Shown one piece after another: positions 19,800-31,600 of a stretch of DNA of 64,000 nt (positions are counted from its first letter, which is position 1; every line of letters starts with the position of its first letter). The notes beneath the pieces were generated by a model. That model worked only from the letters and a program-made list of their open reading frames with translations, had not been told where the DNA came from and did no database searches. Source of the stretch: Candidatus Woesearchaeota archaeon (GTDB lineage: Archaea > Nanobdellota > Nanobdellia > Pacearchaeales > GW2011-AR1); the NCBI GenBank assembly GCA_964437555.1, contig CAYTHI010000001.1, positions 35,149 through 99,148 on the forward strand, read 5' to 3'. The position numbers and the translations under genes are program-made.

Positions 19800-21087
19800 G
19801 CCTTTTATATCTTAATATTGAAATAATTGCAACTATTATTGCAGCAACAGAAACTCCTATAAGAATATAGAGAGGGCTAATTTCAAACTTATCAGACACT
19901 TCAAATCTTGCGCTGGAAGTCGCAAAACCTCCTGGATATGAAAACTCCAGAGATAGCAGATATTCTCCGATGGGAAGAGCAGAAGTGTCAAATTCTCTTG
20001 TAAAGCTCTTGCTTCTGTCAACAAAGAAAGTCTCGCTTTCACTCAAAAGAGTGTTGCCATCAAAGTCCTTTACATAATAATTAGCAGTGGCATCAACTTC
20101 AGCATTATCGCCAACCTGAACAAGAGAGATAAATGCCTTTATTGTCTGGCCAGGATGAATAGTTCTGTATATCTGAGGAAGATTCAATGAAACATCAAAA
20201 AGAGAAGAACTGCTCTGAACATTCAGAATAATAAATACTTCTTTACTTATGCCTCCTGCATCAAATAACAATCTGCCCGCATAGACTCCATAAGAATCTG
20301 ATTTCATTATTAATAAGACTGATTTTCTTTCCCCTGGAGATATTGTTAAATGATTTGTATCAGCACTTACCAAATCATTAAAGCCAGATAATGAGACATT
20401 TATGTCAAGCTTTGAAGTTCCTGTATTCTCAAGCGTAACTTCTCTCGTAACAATCTCTCCTAAAGCAAGAATAACATTAATTTCACTCTCAGAAACCAAA
20501 AAGGCCCTTGCAGGTCTTAAAGGAGGATTATATCCTCCGCGCCCGCCTCCTCCGCCTGTTGCTCCTCCTGTTTGCCCTCCGCCGGAAGAGATAGTAACAG
20601 TAAAAGCCACGCTGTCAGAGCCCTCATTGCCTGACGTATCATTGGCATATACTCTCCATGTATTGCTTCCTTCAGAACTCGTTATGCTTGTAACATTATC
20701 GCCGCAGGTTACAGAAGTATTAGTCACTCCGCTGTTTAAGCTATACCAGCAGCTGCCTATTGCCTGATTATCGCTTGCTGTATAATTAAGCGCGGTTACA
20801 TGAGAAGTATAAGTAGTTGCGTCAGGATATGCTATGGAAACAGCAGGAGATTCACTATCGGCCCCTTCTACGGACAGAGAAAGCTCTGCCTGGTTGCTCG
20901 CATATGACTTCGGAAAAAAAGAAAATCCTCCATAAACTACCGCATATAATCCGATAGAATAAATAACAAGAATGAAATTCAAAAATAAGAGCAAGAATAA
21001 TAAAACATGCCTCTTTTTCATCTCTATTGGAATAAAACCTCTATTAAATATTTTCCTACTTCTCGAGATAAACTCCGACATCAACAA
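19765..21087 (-). CDS. surface glycoprotein-like protein, N-terminal signal anchor and C-terminal TM anchor; paralog of the previous gene
   Basis: Gly-rich linker 'GGGQTGGATGGGGGRGG'. Many N-x-S/T sequons. C-terminal 'LYILIGVSVAAIIVAIISILRYKRL'. Confidence 0.55.
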   Translation of the reverse strand: MLMSEFISRSRKIFNRGFIPIEMKKRHVLLFLLLFLNFILVIYSIGLYAVVYGGFSFFPKSYASNQAELSLSVEGADSESPAVSIAYPDATTYTSHVTALNYTASDNQAIGSCWYSLNSGVTNTSVTCGDNVTSITSSEGSNTWRVYANDTSGNEGSDSVAFTVTISSGGGQTGGATGGGGGRGGYNPPLRPARAFLVSESEINVILALGEIVTREVTLENTGTSKLDINVSLSGFNDLVSADTNHLTISPGERKSVLLIMKSDSYGVYAGRLLFDAGGISKEVFIILNVQSSSSLFDVSLNLPQIYRTIHPGQTIKAFISLVQVGDNAEVDATANYYVKDFDGNTLLSESETFFVDRSKSFTREFDTSALPIGEYLLSLEFSYPGGFATSSARFEVSDKFEISPLYILIGVSVAAIIVAIISILRYKRLGKYTKYKRGR

Positions 21088-21466
21088 TTCCTGAATAAAA
21101 TCCTAAACTTGTATTTTCATGAGTAATAACGCTAAAAGGAATAGAAATAGACTCTCCTACCGCAACAGAGTAGCTTTTCTGAAAGACTAATAAATCTGCT
21201 ATATTGCCATTTGCTTCAAGATAAATAATGACTGGAACAGAATATCCGTTTGCAAAAAGCAGGTTTCTTGTTGCGCTTCCCCCTATTGCTATTTTCCCAA
21301 AAGTTAAGGCAGTTGAATTCAAATCAAATCCGCCTGTATTTTCAGTGACCTCAACACTGGCAAAAACTTTCTTAACCTCAACGGGGCGATAAGAAATAAA
21401 AAGAGAAAGTGAGATAATAAAGAGGATTAAAGAAAACCCAAAAAGAAAATAAGCTGCTTTTTTCAT
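21056..21466 (-). CDS. small secreted or membrane protein
   Basis: N-terminal hydrophobic segment. Confidence 0.4.
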   Translation of the reverse strand: MKKAAYFLFGFSLILFIISLSLFISYRPVEVKKVFASVEVTENTGGFDLNSTALTFGKIAIGGSATRNLLFANGYSVPVIIYLEANGNIADLLVFQKSYSVAVGESISIPFSVITHENTSLGFYSGIVDVGVYLEK

Positions 21467-22569
21467 TTTTTAATATTCTTTATCTTTTTTCTTATTATAA
21501 AGATTATTGTAGCAGTCACTATTAATATTGCTGCAATGCTTCCGATAATTATTAATAACAGCATATTAGACTCAAGAATGGCAAGAGTACCGTAAGCAAA
21601 AGATTTTTGCCGTTCATAAGATAAAATAATGCTCGCATTATATCTGCCTTCAAGCTCATCTGTATCTAAAAATCCTTCAATCGTCTTTTTTTCCCAAGGA
21701 TTCAGTATAGCAGAGGGCGTTCTGAAAGTAATGTTTTGAACGCCATTTGTAAGATTAACATCTGCAAAAACTTCTGAAACTTGGCTGTTCCACCCGCTTT
21801 CAATATCTATTAGATATTTCTGAATGCCTTTCTTCTTCAATTCTTTCGTAAAATCAGTTATGTTAACAAATAAAGAGCCGATTCTAAAGCTTTGATTGAG
21901 ATAAAAAATCTCTCCGCCATAATTTACCACTGAACTTGCAAGATAATTATCCGGCTTAAATCCGGTAGTATTAAGATATTTCCTGAAATACCTTTCTTCA
22001 GACGTATTAAGAAAAGCAGATTGAAAATTCATTCTTTCAACTTCATTCATTCCACTATCAAAAAAAAGTATTATCGGGCTAACTTCTATTGACTCTTTTC
22101 CTCTGTTGATAACATGAAGCTCAACAGGTATAACTTCATTAATGTTGCCGTCGCCGACATTTAACTGCACATCAACATATTTTCCCGGATAAGGAACATA
22201 AACATTTACTATCGCCCGAATATTGACAGATGTCGCGATAAACTCGTTCTCTCCCGGAATTTCTCTAACCCCGACAATTAATGTATTTTTTCCTGCTTTC
22301 TCTACTTCTGCCGGCAGGTTAAGAGTTACTTCGAAAGAGCCTCCTCCCCGAAGTTCTCTCTTATTAAGAGTGGCGTATTGCGAAAGGTCGCCTTCAACAT
22401 AAGCTTCTAATTCGCTATCTGGCTCATCGACAATTGCCTCAAATTTAAAAGTATACTGATGATTCGGTTCAAAATTAACTTCAAATTTAGCAGGGCTAAT
22501 TCCTAAGGATGCAGCTGAAATTTTAATAAATAAAACCAAAAGAAAAAATAAAACCACTGCTTTTTTCAT
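21463..22569 (-). CDS. surface protein (signal peptide + C-terminal TM + basic tail)
   Basis: Signal peptide 'MKKAVVLFFLLVLFIKISAASLGISPAKFEV'. C-terminal 'LLLIIIGSIAAILIVTATIIFIIRKKIKNIKK'. Paralogous to 23962..25167 (shared 'VPYPGKY'). Confidence 0.55.
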   Translation of the reverse strand: MKKAVVLFFLLVLFIKISAASLGISPAKFEVNFEPNHQYTFKFEAIVDEPDSELEAYVEGDLSQYATLNKRELRGGGSFEVTLNLPAEVEKAGKNTLIVGVREIPGENEFIATSVNIRAIVNVYVPYPGKYVDVQLNVGDGNINEVIPVELHVINRGKESIEVSPIILFFDSGMNEVERMNFQSAFLNTSEERYFRKYLNTTGFKPDNYLASSVVNYGGEIFYLNQSFRIGSLFVNITDFTKELKKKGIQKYLIDIESGWNSQVSEVFADVNLTNGVQNITFRTPSAILNPWEKKTIEGFLDTDELEGRYNASIILSYERQKSFAYGTLAILESNMLLLIIIGSIAAILIVTATIIFIIRKKIKNIKK

Positions 22570-22754
22570 ATAACAAATTAAAGAAACAAGTTTTTATATC
22601 TTTTCAAAAAGCATCCTTAATATGGCTGCAGCAATAAATTGACTAATAAACTGTATAGCAGATTATATAAATATGATAAAAACAAGTGCAGCAAGCATAA
22701 ATTAATATGTTAAGAACATGCATAAAGAATTCTAAAGTAACATAGAAAGTAAAG

Positions 22755-23423
22755 CTAAAGAGCTGTCACCGTAGCAGTAACGACATCGCCTAACGCTCCT
22801 GTCTGGGAGTTTTCAGGAATAGTAAGATTAAAATCTAATCTTAATAAATCATTTCCTGACTCAAATCTGAACACAGAGCATCCTAAGCCTCCATTCTGCT
22901 GGTAGGCTGTTGTATTGGCCTGAAAGAAGCGATTAAGCCTCAAGCCTTCAGTTCCTCCTGCCACTCCGCTATTGTTTAAGCAAGAATTAGCTTCAACAGC
23001 TGTTAAATTCCACTCATAAACCGGATTGCTTCCGCCTATAAATTCAGACGCATTCTTCCCAACAGATAAATTCAGGCTAACATTAACATTTCCTATATTC
23101 TCCAATCTCAATCCTCCTGCAGTTGTTAATGTCCAGTTTCCGCCTGTAACATTGTCTGTCGCAAATGTAGTCAGGGCAGCAGCGCTTGAAGCAGGATTAA
23201 CTCTTCCCGAGCCCCAGCTTATTGCTCTTGTTGTAAAATTAACATTTGCAAGCGTTTCAACAGTAAGATTTGCCTCTCCTGTTGAAGTGGCAAAAGTCGT
23301 AACTCTACTGACAAGATTAGCAACAGAATAATAAGTAACTCCTGCAGCAATCAAAGAAACAACTACTGCAATCAATGCGAAAACTATTATAACAGAATCA
23401 AAGCTGCTTGATTTATCCGCCAT
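22755..23423 (-). CDS. N-glycosylation-sequon-dense membrane-anchored protein
   Basis: At least 10 N-x-S/T sequons in ~220 aa. N-terminal TM 'VIIVFALIAVVVSLIAAG'. Start set at an internal Met. Confidence 0.45.
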   Translation of the reverse strand: MADKSSSFDSVIIVFALIAVVVSLIAAGVTYYSVANLVSRVTTFATSTGEANLTVETLANVNFTTRAISWGSGRVNPASSAAALTTFATDNVTGGNWTLTTAGGLRLENIGNVNVSLNLSVGKNASEFIGGSNPVYEWNLTAVEANSCLNNSGVAGGTEGLRLNRFFQANTTAYQQNGGLGCSVFRFESGNDLLRLDFNLTIPENSQTGALGDVVTATVTAL

Positions 23424-23616
23424 TTGAACCCTCTTCTGCTTCGCTTGTCTCAACAACAAAATCAATAGTTCCACTGCCTGCCCCGACAACATTCCCTGAA
23501 GTCTTGCCATAAGGAACATTCAGATTCAAAACCTGAAAGCTTACAAATGCTGAAATTGCAGAGAACAGAATAGCAAGAATAAGTAAAGCCAAAACAATTT
23601 TTTGTGTTTTATCCAT
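23413..23616 (-). CDS. small TM protein
   Basis: 'MDKTQKIVLALLILAILFSAISAFVSF'. Confidence 0.35.
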   Translation of the reverse strand: MDKTQKIVLALLILAILFSAISAFVSFQVLNLNVPYGKTSGNVVGAGSGTIDFVVETSEAEEGSNGG

Positions 23617-23961
23617 TCGCTCCTTGTCCATGAATAAAAAGAGCCGAATATTTAAACCTTTCTTCAATAAAACATATTGTTTGATAAAAATAGTTTAATG
23701 GTGATTAGCCAATTTTAGCACTAAAAAGGATTAAATTGAAATTGTAAGCAAACAAATTAATCAGAAAGTTATCTTTTATCTCCGATAGAAATTAATATTA
23801 TCCACTAATTAACTTGAGAAGTATTTAAAGTTCGTATTTTCTATTGCAAGACAGATTTTCTACCTTATTTATGTCAAGAAACATTAAAAAGTTGGTGCAT
23901 TAACTGACTAATCACCAGTTTAATTATTACTGATAGAATAAAACCCTGATTTTATTGCCGG

Positions 23962-25167
23962 CTATTTCCCCTTAACCTTCTTCCTTAGATAAATAAACCA
24001 TAATAAGTTAACCATTATAAGCAGTACAATTACAGCTACAAGAACAATAATCAATGGCTGTGAGAACCTGCCTGAACTTCTGCTTCCTCCAGATGAAATT
24101 ACATAGCCGACACCAACAACATTTATATCATTATCCGAAACTTCAAGCTCTAATTCTCTTTGCTCGGAATTTGCTCCATATTTCAGGAATAATGAAGACT
24201 TGTAAGTGCCTTCCCTAACGCCTTCAGTATCCCAAAACGCAATCATCAGTATTTTACTAAGAGACGGAATATCATAAGTGGCTGACTTAAAATCAGCCAT
24301 CACGGCTCCTTCAGTATTGAACACCTGCATCTGCGCATAAGCTCCGGAAATCTGTTGGCTCCACTTATTCTCAACTAAAATTTCAAATTTGGCTATATCT
24401 CCCAAAGAGAAATCATTTACCTCTACCCCGACAACATCAAGTACCTGATTGCCCAAATTAAACTGCGTTTCAAGAGTAGCAGTAGATTCATCATAAATCA
24501 AAGTCGCGACAGCCCTGTAAGGTCCTGGCGGCGCATCTGATTTCCAAACAGCAACAACATCTCTTCTTTGGCCGCTTGGAATCTCAACTTCATTCGTATT
24601 AATTGTTTCAATCTTTTCATTCAGAGAACTGTATATGTCAATTACAGCCCCAACTCTTACTAAATCAAGCTCGCCTCTGCTTATCACAGGAATAACAAAA
24701 GTAACACTTCCGTCATCGTCAGGCCCGATTACATTAAGAGAAGCCTCGGCATATTTTCCCGGATAAGGAACGAATAAATGTATTTGAGTTGCAACTCCTA
24801 AAGCAGCCCCTATAAAGGCCTGGCTTGTTTCTGCCTTCTTAGGCAGTTGTAATACAACAACTTCCGAAGTATGCAATCCGGGAGACAATCCATTAGGAAT
24901 ATCAACAATATACCTTAATTTCTTTTCTTTGTCTGCGGCTTTCATCGAAAAAGAAACTTCTGAAAGAGAAATGCTTCTGTTTAATTCTCCCTGAACAAAA
25001 ACAACAATATCCATATCCTGATTTTCTGAATTAACCACTGTAAACTCAACTTCTGTCTTTTGTCCGGGTTTGTAATCCAGAACCGTCCTGCCGGGAGTAA
25101 TTCCCAATGCTAAAGCGCCAGAAGACAATAAAACCAGAAGCAAAAGTATAGCCAATAATTTATCCAT
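23962..25167 (-). CDS. surface protein paralog (signal peptide + C-terminal TM anchor)
   Basis: Signal peptide 'MDKLLAILLLLVLLSSGALALGITPG'. C-terminal 'LIIVLVAVIVLLIMVNLLWFIYLRKKVKGK'. Confidence 0.55.
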   Translation of the reverse strand: MDKLLAILLLLVLLSSGALALGITPGRTVLDYKPGQKTEVEFTVVNSENQDMDIVVFVQGELNRSISLSEVSFSMKAADKEKKLRYIVDIPNGLSPGLHTSEVVVLQLPKKAETSQAFIGAALGVATQIHLFVPYPGKYAEASLNVIGPDDDGSVTFVIPVISRGELDLVRVGAVIDIYSSLNEKIETINTNEVEIPSGQRRDVVAVWKSDAPPGPYRAVATLIYDESTATLETQFNLGNQVLDVVGVEVNDFSLGDIAKFEILVENKWSQQISGAYAQMQVFNTEGAVMADFKSATYDIPSLSKILMIAFWDTEGVREGTYKSSLFLKYGANSEQRELELEVSDNDINVVGVGYVISSGGSRSSGRFSQPLIIVLVAVIVLLIMVNLLWFIYLRKKVKGK

Positions 25168-25657
25168 TTTCTCCCCCTATAAATTTAGTTCCTGCAACTT
25201 CCTTGCTTTCATCAACATCAAGAACAATGCTTCCTGTAAGATTTTCATTCTGATAAATATCAACATTAAGCAAGGTGTTTCCTGCATTAACAAGGTCATA
25301 CCTGCTGCCTTCACTTTTCTTCAGCTTCAATGCAACCTCTGAAATGATAGTAAGCTTTCTCACACTGCTTGGCAAAGCTCCCTGAACCTTCCAGTAATAA
25401 GTGCCTGGCTTCAGATTCACTATCAAATTATCTTCAACAAAAATCTCCTGCGGAGAACTAAACTCAAGATTATCATCTATCAGTATTTCATTCGCCTTTT
25501 CAAAACTAAATAGAACCGAATTGTTTGAAGTTGCATAGTCATCAAGAGGAGAGATAACTAATGGGCTTGCATATCCAAACACAAAAACAATCCAGATTAA
25601 TGTTCCGACTATCAAAAGAAAGTCAATTGCCAAGATGTATTTCTTCTCAAATTTCAT
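25160..25657 (-). CDS. N-terminally TM-anchored protein
   Basis: Coupled to neighbours (1-nt gap to the giant gene, 8-nt overlap downstream). Confidence 0.45.
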   Translation of the reverse strand: MKFEKKYILAIDFLLIVGTLIWIVFVFGYASPLVISPLDDYATSNNSVLFSFEKANEILIDDNLEFSSPQEIFVEDNLIVNLKPGTYYWKVQGALPSSVRKLTIISEVALKLKKSEGSRYDLVNAGNTLLNVDIYQNENLTGSIVLDVDESKEVAGTKFIGGENG

Positions 25658-25658
25658 T

Positions 25659-28600
25659 TTATTCTCCCAGACTCCCTGTAAACGTTACAGTGGAGTTTCT
25701 TGCTCCGGCAGCCTCCTGTAAAGGAACAGTTACATTAATGTCAATTTCAGCAGTATCTGTTGCATTTGTATAATTAAGCCGGGCAATTGCCAGAATAGGG
25801 GAAGCAGTAAGAGTAATATTTGTATAAGTAAACTTTGACAATACCCAGTTAAAAGAGCCATTCTCCAAAGTGTAATTATCAATCTTGAATTGATAGTTAG
25901 TGCTCGGATTTGCCTGGCTTCTCCACAAATCAGTTGCTCCTATTGTAACATTCACAAAAGAATTCCCGTCATTCTGGATTAAGAAAGGAAGAGGGGAATT
26001 GTCAGAAGTATCATTGGTTCCAAACTGCGATATCTGCCCAAAATTAATGCTGGAATTAGGCAGGCTCATCTGAATCAATGAAGAAATATTAACTCTGAAG
26101 AAATCTGTCCATGCAGAATAATCCTGCTCGTCATAAGCTCTTATAGACCAGTTATATTGGTAATTATTATCATACAAATACAATAAGTCTCCTGATAGTT
26201 TATGGCTTGTCAAGCCCAATGGAAAAGATATGTGCCTATTATCCTCTCCATATCCGCTGCATCCCCCGCCTAAAATGTTTCTGCATGTTAAATTCAATTC
26301 ATAAAATAATGAATCTCCGTCATCATCGCTGCCGGCAGTCCATACAAAGGTCGGCGTCCTGTCGGTTGTTGAGCTTCCGTCTGCCGGGCTTGACAATGTC
26401 GGAGTTCCTGGAGGTGTATTAATTATAGTAAGATTTGATGAATTTACCCAGTTGCTATACTCCAGGCCATCATATAATCTCATTGAGCAAGTCCAATTAT
26501 GATTTTTAGTAGTATTGCCTGAAAGAAGAGTGGCATTGAAAAAAGAATTATTAGCATAGCTATTATTAAAGTCAACAACAAGATGTGACAAAGAATTATT
26601 AATCCACATGACAGTTACATTAATCCTGTCTCCTTCAGGATCAATTAAAGTGTCAAAGCAATTCAGATTCTCATTTGTCCTGTTTGTTCCAAGAGTTGAA
26701 TTTATCTCCGGAGTGGGGGCTGCTGGGGCATTATTAGAATCCTGGATGCTATAATTGCTAAAGCCGCTTATATTGAATATAACTGTTCCTGCATTTAATG
26801 ATGTGAAATTATAGCAATCATTGCAGATAGCATTGTCCCGATACACTTTAGGATACCTGAAATTGCCCGGCATATTATAGAAAGTGATATTTGCAGTTTT
26901 GTTCAAATGACTGAATATTGTAGAATTTGCAAAAACAAAATTATTCCGTAATTCTGTATTTAGGCTTAGGTTTGTCAAATTAAGGGCAGAAGTTCCTGAA
27001 ATGAATTTTATTTCTCCTCCGGAAGTTGTTCCATTTATTAAAGTAATAGTGATATTATTCCCATAGCTTGAATTCAAGTCGGCAAACTGACCTGAATAAT
27101 TTATTATTAATCTTCCGTGTTTAAAAGTAGGAAAAGCGCTAAGATTAACAGCAATATTAGTAAGATTAATTAATCTTGTATCTTCTATATATGCTAAACC
27201 TCCCTCGCTCGTTGCAGAACCATCCCCTGCACCCATCGCAGCAGATATTTGCTTAGTTACATTTGTATTATAAAGATAAAAAGCTCCTCCTGGCCCTCCT
27301 GATCCTGCTGAAGCAATGCATGTCGCATCGCATATCTCTCCGTTATTCAAAAGCCCCTCTACTTCTGAATCTCTTATTGTAATATTTTTGCCTCCGTTTC
27401 CATTATTGCCTGTATATGTAACACCTATTGAATTGGTAAAGTCAGGAATAAATGTATTTTTTACTGTGAGATTTTCAGCAGGGTCCCGCAATTCAATCCC
27501 ATGAACAGTTCCTATTACGGGCCCTGTATGCTCAATAGTAAATCCCTCTCCTTCTAATGCAATATTTGAGGCATTTACAACCAGGCAGCTTGCTGTTGTA
27601 GATAATGTATTGTTAAGGAAATAGGTCTTTCCTGTTTCATGCAAAGTTGTACAGGCAGAAACAAGAGACACATTAAGACCGAAAGTAACATTAACAGTAA
27701 AATTATTATTGCCCAAAGTGTCATTGGCATAAACTCTGAATACATAAGTTCCTGTTAAAAGAGAATTATTTGAATGCGTAAAAGCAGTTCCAAACTTTCC
27801 TTCATTGCCATTCATTGAAATATTATCTACTCCGTTGTTCATAGAGTATGAAACGCTTCCGTTTTCATCCAAGCTGACATTGAAAGTGAAAGGCAAATCG
27901 CTGAAGGTATAGTTCGCACCCTTAGGGAAGTATACTGTAATATTGGGGGGAGCTGCATCCGCCGGGCTGTAAGTAAGAGTGAAGTTTGAAGTATTGAATG
28001 CCTGATTATGAGGAATTGCATTATCCATAGCAAGAAAATTCCAATAATATGCTCCACTGCCATTAAGCCCGATATTATGCGTAATGTTTCCTACTATGCT
28101 GCTGTTGCCTAATCCTGTAAAGTTCTGTGCTACTAAGTCATTAGTTGAATTGTAAACAAATAATGTTGCATTGCTTACATTAACATCATCGGTAAATAAA
28201 GCTCCGAATGCAGCAATGCCTGTTGTTGTTATAGTATTATTGCTCGGATTTATTAGCATTACTTGAGGAGAAGTCTTATCTGCTGCAGAAGTATCAATTG
28301 TTATATTTGCGAAATAAACATCTGTTGCCTGGTCAGTATAAACAAGCTCCAATTCACTGCTTCCAAGTTGATTGTTAGACGGATAATTGGAACATCTGAC
28401 AGAAGGGAATCTTAATGCTCCTGTATTATCAGAGATCTGCTCTTGAGCAGTGAAAAACCCTGTTGAGGTATATTTTATGTAATCAATAGCTGTATTATTT
28501 TCAAAGACAATATGAGCGTTGTTGTTCGCATCAAGGCATCCCTCGCTATCATTGAAAGTTCCTGCATACGTCGCATTGGAATAAACTATTCCATCACTGC

Positions 28601-31600
28601 TGTTAATCACAACTAAATCCTCGCTTGCCGCATCTATCGCTGTAATCAAAATTGTTGTTCCTCTTATGCTTAAATGCATATTTGAAACAGCTAATCCATA
28701 AGCTATTGTGGTCTGATTTGCTGTAAACGAACCAGAAGAATTAATTACAAGCAAGCTACTTGTGGCAGCATCATCTAAGGCAATATAAACATTTCCATTG
28801 CTGCTCATATCTAAAGAACAGCTTTCAGCAATTCCAGGTCCGCCTGCCGATGCTCGTGTAGTCCATGCCAGAGTAGCACCAAGATTAGTAAACGAAAAAT
28901 CCATGTCAAAATCATCATTATCCATGCTGCAGGCAAGAAACCTGCCGCTTGTTGTAGTGCCGTCAAAAGCAACATCCGGGCGATAATTGTCGTTAGTTCC
29001 TCCGGAAACATCAATGATAGCTCCTGAATTAGCAACATTGCAGTCAGCAGTCACATTGTAAATATAACTTATATCATTCTGACCTCCCGTATCATCAGTA
29101 AACATATAGATAATAGCAGAGCCATTAGTGGCAATAGCCATATCGCTATGAGTTCCAGTTAAAGAATCATAAGTATTCCAATTAACACCTTCATCTGAAG
29201 AATCTGAACAGGAGGCATCACTGCTTGCATCCTGCCACAATGCAATAAGTAAATCGGAATTTAACCTGACTATGTTTTTTCCTGCATTAAATCCGCCAGT
29301 AGTAGTTCCTGTTGCTGTTGTTGATGCGTCCGCATTAATCAGATAGTTAGTTGAAGGGTCAATAATATGGTCAAACTCCACACTGCCTCCTAAAATCCTT
29401 AAGTCAAAACTATCCTGCTCTCCTTCCAATCCTGTAAGAAATACTTTATTATATTCATTATCATTAATGCTTTCAAATTCTGCAATAGTCTTATTTTCAT
29501 TTATTTCATAGACTTCAATCCTCGGACTTCCGTTCACAGCTCTTGGATAAATGCTTATGTCCCTGTCGCTTGTCAAATTCCTCTCAAATTTAACTCTCAC
29601 ATAATGCTCTGCAGGAATAGTTTCACTCCAATTTCCGTCCAGTTTAGAAACTTCAGGATAAATGTCAGAGATAAATGTCCTGTTTGAATCAAGATGCTCT
29701 GCAGAAACAATTTCTATAATTAAATCAAACGTCTGATTGCTCAACTCCGGAATAATCCATTCAGCGTAATCATATATTCCATCTTCATCTAAATCAGAAA
29801 CATTTACAGGAACAACATACGCTTGTTTTTCTTCCCAGTATATTTTTAAATCATCTTTATCAATAAGATTATATGATTCATCTAAATTCGTGAAGGACAA
29901 AACATTCTCATAATGAATTTCATCAGGCCCTATAATCAAAACTTTCTTGCCTATTCGTCCATCAGTTAAATTTTCCTCTATCGCATAAGGAGCAGGAGTA
30001 TAATAACTCACTTTGGCTCCTTTCTCAAACTCGCTTAGCTCAATTAATATTTCTTTTCCTTCTTTTGCTTCTGCTTCTTCAGAAACTGCAAATCCGGTCA
30101 ATCTTAAAATATTTCTAAACCATTTTAAAATTCTGTTTTCCCTGTTCAAACTAAGGTCTGCTGTAACCGCTCCAGTGATTATGCTTCCTGTAATATCAGC
30201 ATTAATGGATTCTGGCTCATTATTAGCGGGCTCTGACACCTCAACATTCTCTTCAACATCGGCAACTTCATCTGTTCCTTCATTATCAAATTCCTTCTCT
30301 ATCTTGTCAATAGAAATATTTTCAGCGATTTCAGGGATAAAAATGCTGAAACTGGCAGGTCCATCAACATTATCAACTTTCTTAACCCATTTAACAGGCT
30401 CGTTAAGCTTTATTTCATCATGAACAAGCTCAACATTTATGGATAAATTAGGCTCAATTGTTTTATTAGGAGAAATTATGCTTTCATTAGAAGTTTTATT
30501 AATGCCAATTTCAGGAACAATTTCCTCATTTTTTTCATCAGATTTATTCAGATTTCCTGAAACTGATATGCCTTGAAATACTTCAACAATTGTTTGTCCT
30601 TCATAAGAAAGCTTAGCAGATAAAACGCCTTCATCAGCCCTAAAATTAAAATCTTCCAAATCAATAATTAAAGTAAGCTTATTATTTCCTAAATATTCTT
30701 TGCCGAATCCTTTTTCCTCTAAATAATAATCAGTTGAAACAATGACTTCATTTCTATTTATATCAACTTTGACATTTTCATCTCCAATTGCCTCTCCATT
30801 CGCAGTTACGCTTCCTGAAATTAATCTTGCACTCTGTCCTTCACTTAGCTCATGCACAAAATCTTGCCCATTAACCGCAGTTCCTGTAATTCCAGATGAA
30901 AATTCAGATATCGCTGCTCCTGTAATTCCCGGAGCAGGGCTTCCACCACCAGATTCACTTCCTCCTCCTGAACTTTCAGAATTACTATCAGAAGTTTCCT
31001 GCTTATTTTCTTCTGAATTTTCTTTAGATTCTGCAGGGGTTTCTTTCTTATCAGCATTCAAATCATCCTGCATCTGGGGCTCATCAATTTTAGAAGAGCC
31101 GCTTCCTGAAGAGCCAGAACCAAATTCTTTTACTATCTCCAATTCAAAACTCACAGAAGGATAAATTTCTCTTATGCCACTTATACCATACCCTTCGCCG
31201 CTTCCTGATAAATCCAAACCTTCCGCATAAAAATCTCCATTAACAGCCTGTTCTGTGATTAAATCTTTCAAAGCAATTTCTCTTTCAATACTATTAAGAC
31301 CAATAAGTACAACAGAATCAACAGGAATAAGTTCCCCCGCTTTCAAATTTAAAATCAAATTGCCTTCTATCTGCTCTCCAAGAACATATCGTGTCTTAAT
31401 ATCAAGCGTTGCATTCCCTGTTAAATTCGCTGAGATGAAAAAGAAAAGTAAGAGAACTCCTAAAACAAAAAAGAAAGCTGCAGGAAAAAGATATTTCTTT
31501 AAATTATTTCTGGATTTTGCATGCCCTAAGTATCTTGTAATTATCTTTCCATCAACTCTTTCTGTTTCATAAAGATATGGGCCAAATCTCTTCCCATTTT

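Noticed and set aside
22755-23667. Calling the two small TM proteins (and 22755..23423) archaeal type IV pilins
   Set aside because: Their N-termini lack the [K/R]-G cleavage motif before the hydrophobic helix ('MADKSSSFDSVIIV...', 'MDKTQKIVLALL...'). They are treated as simple TM-anchored proteins.
23668-23961. 9-10 bp inverted repeat 'ggtgattag'...'ctaatcacc' ~200 nt apart in the intergenic region
   Set aside because: Short and isolated in AT-rich sequence, so chance occurrence is plausible. No flanking features suggest a mobile element.
25561-31572. Multiple short ORFs on both strands inside the 1988-aa gene (e.g. 26207..26422, 30013..30423, 30742..31164, 31255..31572)
   Set aside because: Nested in or antisense to a long continuous ORF with consistent coding signal. 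Ser/Pro-rich junk frames.
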